NCBI GenBank assembly: GCA_963693365.1
Contig: CAVNZM010000010.1
Location: 7,317,794 to 7,381,793, forward strand
DNA length: 64,000 bases
Source: Amoebidium appalachense
Taxonomy: Eukaryota > Protista > Ichthyosporea
Direction of reading: 5' to 3'
In this document: positions 50,886 to 64,000 of the stretch, one piece after another
How positions within the stretch are numbered: the stretch's first letter is position 1
Layout of the letters: each line of letters begins with the position of its first letter
The notes under the pieces: model-generated
What the model was told of the DNA's origin: nothing
Databases searched by the model: none
What the model saw: the letters and a program-made list of their open reading frames with translations, nothing else
Made by a program: the position numbers and the translations under genes

Positions 50886-51377
50886 TCTCCCCTCTCTCCC
50901 CCCCGTGCGCACGTACATACATACACTCGCACACAATAATTGTAGAGGTGGTGCTCTGCTGATGTTGTCTCTGCCTGTCACTTTTTATGTACCAGTTGCC
51001 TTCCTTTTAGGCCATTATGCATCCCCCCATCCCCCCCTTTCTCAGCACAGCAAAAGATACACATGCACCACACTGTCGCCTTTCCTCCCCAAAATACGTT
51101 GAAGGGGGAGGGCAGGAGTGAAATCGGGAGAAACCCGGCACTTGCGTGAAATTCGCACGTGTATCCCCCCCCCCCCCCCCCCCCCCCCCCCTCTCCTTCT
51201 TCCCCTCTTGCACCCAAAGAGCACACAGACACTTATACACACACGGACACACACACGCACACAGATACTCACACGTGCGCACCTGGGGGGGGGGGGGGGG
51301 GGGAGGGTGGAGAGAGAGAGGGGGCGGGGGGAGGTGGTGTCGTGGAAAAGTATTGGACTGTGGGGGTGTGTGTGTGT

Positions 51378-51429
<52 letters not shown>

Positions 51430-51637
51430 CACGTGGGGGGTCGACGGGGTCCATACTTATGCCGTTTGTGTGCGCAGCTACGACGACTTCAACTGCAACG
51501 TGTGGGACACCCTCAAGGGCGGCCGGGTGGGCCAACTGCAGGGCCACGAGAACCGTGTCAGCTGCCTGGGCGTGTCCTCGGACGGCATGGCCCTGTGCAC
51601 GGGTAGCTGGGACTCCTTCCTAAAGATCTGGAACTAA
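46833..51637 (+). CDS. GNB1: Heterotrimeric G-protein beta subunit (WD40)
   Basis: Six exons (46833-46944, 47193-47289, 48063-48289, 48512-48685, 50303-50561, 51478-51637) splice in frame to give [91 protein letters not shown] and [31 protein letters not shown]. Confidence 0.98.
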
Positions 51638-54600
51638 GAGCCCACACGTCAAGTGTGTGTGCATGGCCTGTAAAGCAGTGGTGGGGTCGTGGACCTTGTC
51701 GTGGGGAAGGTCACCATTTAGTTTTACTCTCGTTAGCATTACTTTCCCCGGACTATCGACCTGCCTTTCTAGTATTTAGTGTTTACTTTTAGGTGTGGCA
51801 CAACGGGGTTAATGGGCTTATTTAGTGGTTTGGTTGGGTTGTGTGGTTAAATGGATTTCTGAAAGGATGCTTTTAAGGTGGTTGGTGTGTGTGTGATTTC
51901 GGGCCATGCCTTACGGTTGGGTCTCGTAAGGGTTTTGGCTGTTGCTGATGGGTGGGGTTTGAGAATCTTTTTATTTGAACAAGGCATATGGTCAACCACT
52001 TTTGCCTCTGATTATTTCTGATCATATTTTGCTGTGATTGCTGAAGCTAGAATGCCGAAAATTATCGTGAAACGAATACTTGCATGCTATTGTATGATCA
52101 CAAGTGCGGTGCGAATCGGCCCCCAGGCACTTTTTCCAGTGGAGTCAATTTGCACTGGGCACATCTGTCGGTCAGCACAAGACTCAGCTGTCATGCCGGA
52201 AGTCTGACATTTCGAGCCTACATAAATGCAAAAGTGCACGGAACGGTTAGGTCGTACGTAGACAATCGATCAGGCTGTATGCCTGTAGGTGCAACCCGGC
52301 CATCCACCTGATACTGTTTGAAGGCTTGTGCGCATGATGCAACGGATAACGTTTTCAATGGCGAAGCAGACGCATCGTTTACGACCGGTGCCAAGGTTAC
52401 GCATCACCCGGCCCTGATCAGCTGCTGGACTCGGTGGCAATGATGGCGACAATCGTTCATGAGCCCGGTGCCTGGAGTGAGACATTAGCTTTTTTATTCC
52501 TTTGTGACTGGCCACACTGCAGGCCTTCTGTGCTTGTCGGTACCGCCACAAGACGCACTGTAGGCGCCCGTCACCGGCGAACGTTGCCTCACTGAGTCCC
52601 AAACGACACGCCTGAGGCGCCTGAAGGTGACAGCCTCGAGCACCGGGTCACAGAAAGCCCCTGGAATGCGCGGCATTTATGCGCGCTGAAATCCGATTGG
52701 TTTCCGCGTTCGCCATCCCCCGTTGGCTCCTTGCCGGTAACGGCGGGAATCAGCTGAGTCGGCCGGTCATATGGTCATATGCATGTTTCGAGAATTTGGA
52801 AGGGTTCCATATGTTTCGGACGCTGAACCTTACTGATGGTAGTTATAGGTTAGACAAAGTGGTGACGTCGAGCTTAGGGCAAAAGGTACTCGAATATACA
52901 CATACATACAGTTTATTCTGTGTGTGTGACGGTGCAACACATCTTTGGAAAGTGCAATTTGAGCTTTGACGTTTGAGAACTCGGCTTCCACATCAATTCA
53001 CTTCGTGCGAGTGCACGTGTGTAAAGGAACGAACATTCCTTGCCACCTGGGAAAGCTAGGGGCGCAATGTACTAAGTTAACGGAATCATTATCTAGTGTT
53101 CATGCTGCAAGCTGTCTCAATAGAGGCATCTGTGGCCTATATACTACTGCATCCCGTAAACCCTCATACTACGGGAGCTTGATTTGTTCACGCCTCAGGG
53201 TGGGTTCACAACAAGAATAATACTGTAGGCCGGGGCCCGTTTATTCTGGTGCATTTTTTTTGCCTCGTTGGCACGATATGTTCATTAGTCAGCAAGGGCA
53301 TCCAGCTTGAATGTTGCCAACCCTTGACCTGGGACCTCGAGAGCACTACGGGACTGCAGGTATGAGAGGGTGATGTGTGCTCGTGTGTACAGTGTGGCGT
53401 ATTTGGGCGTTGCTGTGGCACGCAGGACATAATAGTTTCAGCACACAAGTCCTTTCTGTGTGCGTGGAAATGTACATGTGCACATTTTGCGGAGGAAGGG
53501 AAGAGTGAAGGGGGGTGTCTGCGTGTGTGTGTGTGTCTGTCTTGTGTGTGCGGTGTGTGATTGGGTTGGTGTCCTCGGAAGGGGTGGAAAAACTTTCGAG
53601 GGGCGGGTGGTGGTCCACTGTATGGGAGAAGAGTATTTGGAGTTGGGGTAATGGCAGTGAACCTAAGCCATTTATACGTAGCACACACCAAGGTGTCCTT
53701 GCACTTCTTTTGTACCTGCTCGAGCATAGGGCATGTATGAGAGTGCTTTGTGTGCAGTGGGCATATATTTTCAACCAAGCAATAATTCACACTTGAATAA
53801 ACTCACACACACAAATTAGCATACGTTTGCACACACACAATTATAAACCTAGACACACGTGTTTATACAAACAAGGGCCCACGTTTGAACAAGATACGTA
53901 CATACGACACTCACGTGTGCGCGCACACACATATTCCCAACCTTTATTTGCTTACTCCCCTCTCCCCGCCCCCTCTCCCCCTCGCCCCCCTCCCCCCTTT
54001 CCCCTCCCTCCCCCCCCTTCCCCTCCCCCCCCCCCCCCCCCCCCCCCCCCCGGGCCCCCGCTCCTCCATCTCAGCGAGCCTCTTTCACTACGCCTTTCCA
54101 TGCTCATCACACTCGCAAATTGATGCTCACTGTGATCGATTTGACCTAAATTTACTACGTGGTTGCCCACAACGTTTTTGTTTCAAGTTCTCCCCCCCCC
54201 CCCCCCCCCCCTTCTTTCTTTTTTTTTCCTGTGCGTGCTGCGGGGCATCAGACTCTGTTTGATAGTCGCTCTGCATACCGCTGCTCCTTACTTTGCCACC
54301 ACACACTCTCTTGTCCTTGTTAATCACATGAATTTTACCCTTCCCCGGCTCCCCCACCTCACCACCACCACTGCTCTTCATCCACTCCATTTTGTTCTGA
54401 AGTAGGCATCCATTTATGTCATCGTTGCCACTAGACTCCTCAGCCCCCCTCCCCCTTCCCCTCCCCCCCCCCCCCCCCCCTTCCCCCCCCCTTCCCCCCC
54501 TCCTCCCCTGCTCTGTCTTACCTTCACACCTCCCTACCTGAGCCTCCCCCTCCCACGCCCTCACAACTTCTCATTCATTTCTACCCCTGGCTATCACTCA

Positions 54601-54775
54601 TTATAATAGCCTCCCATTTCTGCCTGTGTGCATGCTCACGCGTAACCGTGCCAACCCCTCCTCCCTTTATCCCCACCATGCTCTCTGTCTTTCCCCCTTG
54701 ACCACCGTGTCTGTGCTGCCCCCCCCCCCCCCCCCCCCCCCCCCTCTGTAGCCCCTCTCAGCCACATGTGGAAAG

Positions 54776-54806
<31 letters not shown>

Positions 54807-54976
54807 CCCCTCCCACCCACCCACTCACGTCAACCCTCCCCCCCCCCCCCTCCGCCCTCTTCCCCTCCCTCTCCCCCCTGAAGCTAAGGCTGGGCTCTTT
54901 TATGTGTGCTTTGCAATCCGCATCGTGTTGTCCTGTGTGAATCATGTGCTTCGTATGTTGGAACACATCTATCCCC

Positions 54977-55007
<31 letters not shown>

Positions 55008-55199
55008 AAAAAAAAAAAAAAAGGCAAACTTACACCCCATTCCGCCTTCTCCTGTTAACACACTCCGGAGCACCCTCAAAGCCAACATAACGGTCTTATT
55101 CATTGACCCCCCCTCTCCCCTCTCCCCTTCCGGCTCAACCCTCCCCCTCCCCCCCCCCCCCCCCCCCCCCCCCCGTCCTCCCCTTCCTCCCCCCCCCTC

Positions 55200-55232
<33 letters not shown>

Positions 55233-55367
55233 ACACACTTCCCCCCCCCTTACCCGCTCACACACACTCCATCCTTGTATCTTTTTTGCAATGGATAAAC
55301 AAGTTTTCGTGCTTGTGTTTTTGAACTTTCTATTATGAACACATACCAACCCTCCTGCTCGCTGCAG

Positions 55368-63616
<8,249 letters not shown>

Positions 63617-63802
63617 GTACGTCCCCCCCCCCCCCCCCTCCCCCTCCCCCTCCCCCTTCCATCCACTTCCCCCCCCCCCCCCCTCCCCCCCTCCTCCCCC
63701 CCCCCGGCGCACGCCGGCACGCCCGCCCGGGAGTCTTGTATGCAAGGTGAATGGTCAAATCCTGGCTTCTGTGGATAACCTAAGGATTGGCTCTGCCGAT
63801 CA

Positions 63803-63887
63803 TGCTATGGTGCATACTCGTCTTGAATGCCCTGCAAATTGTGTTGCTATGGTGCACACTCGTCGTGAATGCCCTGCAAATTGTGTT
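63803..63887. repeat. 42-bp tandem duplication
   Basis: TGCTATGGTGCA(T/C)ACTCGTC(T/G)TGAATGCCCTGCAAATTGTGT present twice. Confidence 0.85.
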
Positions 63888-64000
63888 GTCCGTCGTGGGT
63901 GTGTTCGTACTCTCTGTGTAACACATTCTATTCCCTCCCCCCCCCCCCCCCCCCCCAACCACGTGCCCACCCACCCACCCACCCTCTTTCTCTCCCACCC

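Overview
Eukaryotic, intron-rich window with GT-AG introns full of poly-G/poly-C and (CA)n/(TG)n tracts. The gene content fits a unicellular holozoan or other opisthokont, but that is inference only. The left half (5-30 kb) is a transposon pile-up whose layers can be resolved base by base. The host layer is a ~3-kb tyrosine-recombinase-type (DIRS/Ngaro-like) retroelement with split direct repeats (11544-30177, minus strand) that encodes only RT-RNase H-adenine methyltransferase. Inserted in it are a Ty3/gypsy chromovirus (12101-26844, TSD CCCTC) and a 921-bp solo LTR (28569-29489, TSD ACGCC). The chromovirus in turn carries an intact Ty1/copia element with apparently identical LTRs (14359-20742, TSD GGGAC). 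Upstream is a ~1.57-kb tandem duplication whose second copy is split by a non-autonomous hAT element (7308-10191, 8-bp TSD). The right half holds three spliced host genes: a secreted animal-type heme peroxidase with a long Met-rich tail (minus), G-protein beta subunit (plus) and a DOT1 H3K79 methyltransferase (plus, runs off the window). Most short ORFs in the supplied track are artefacts of simple repeats.
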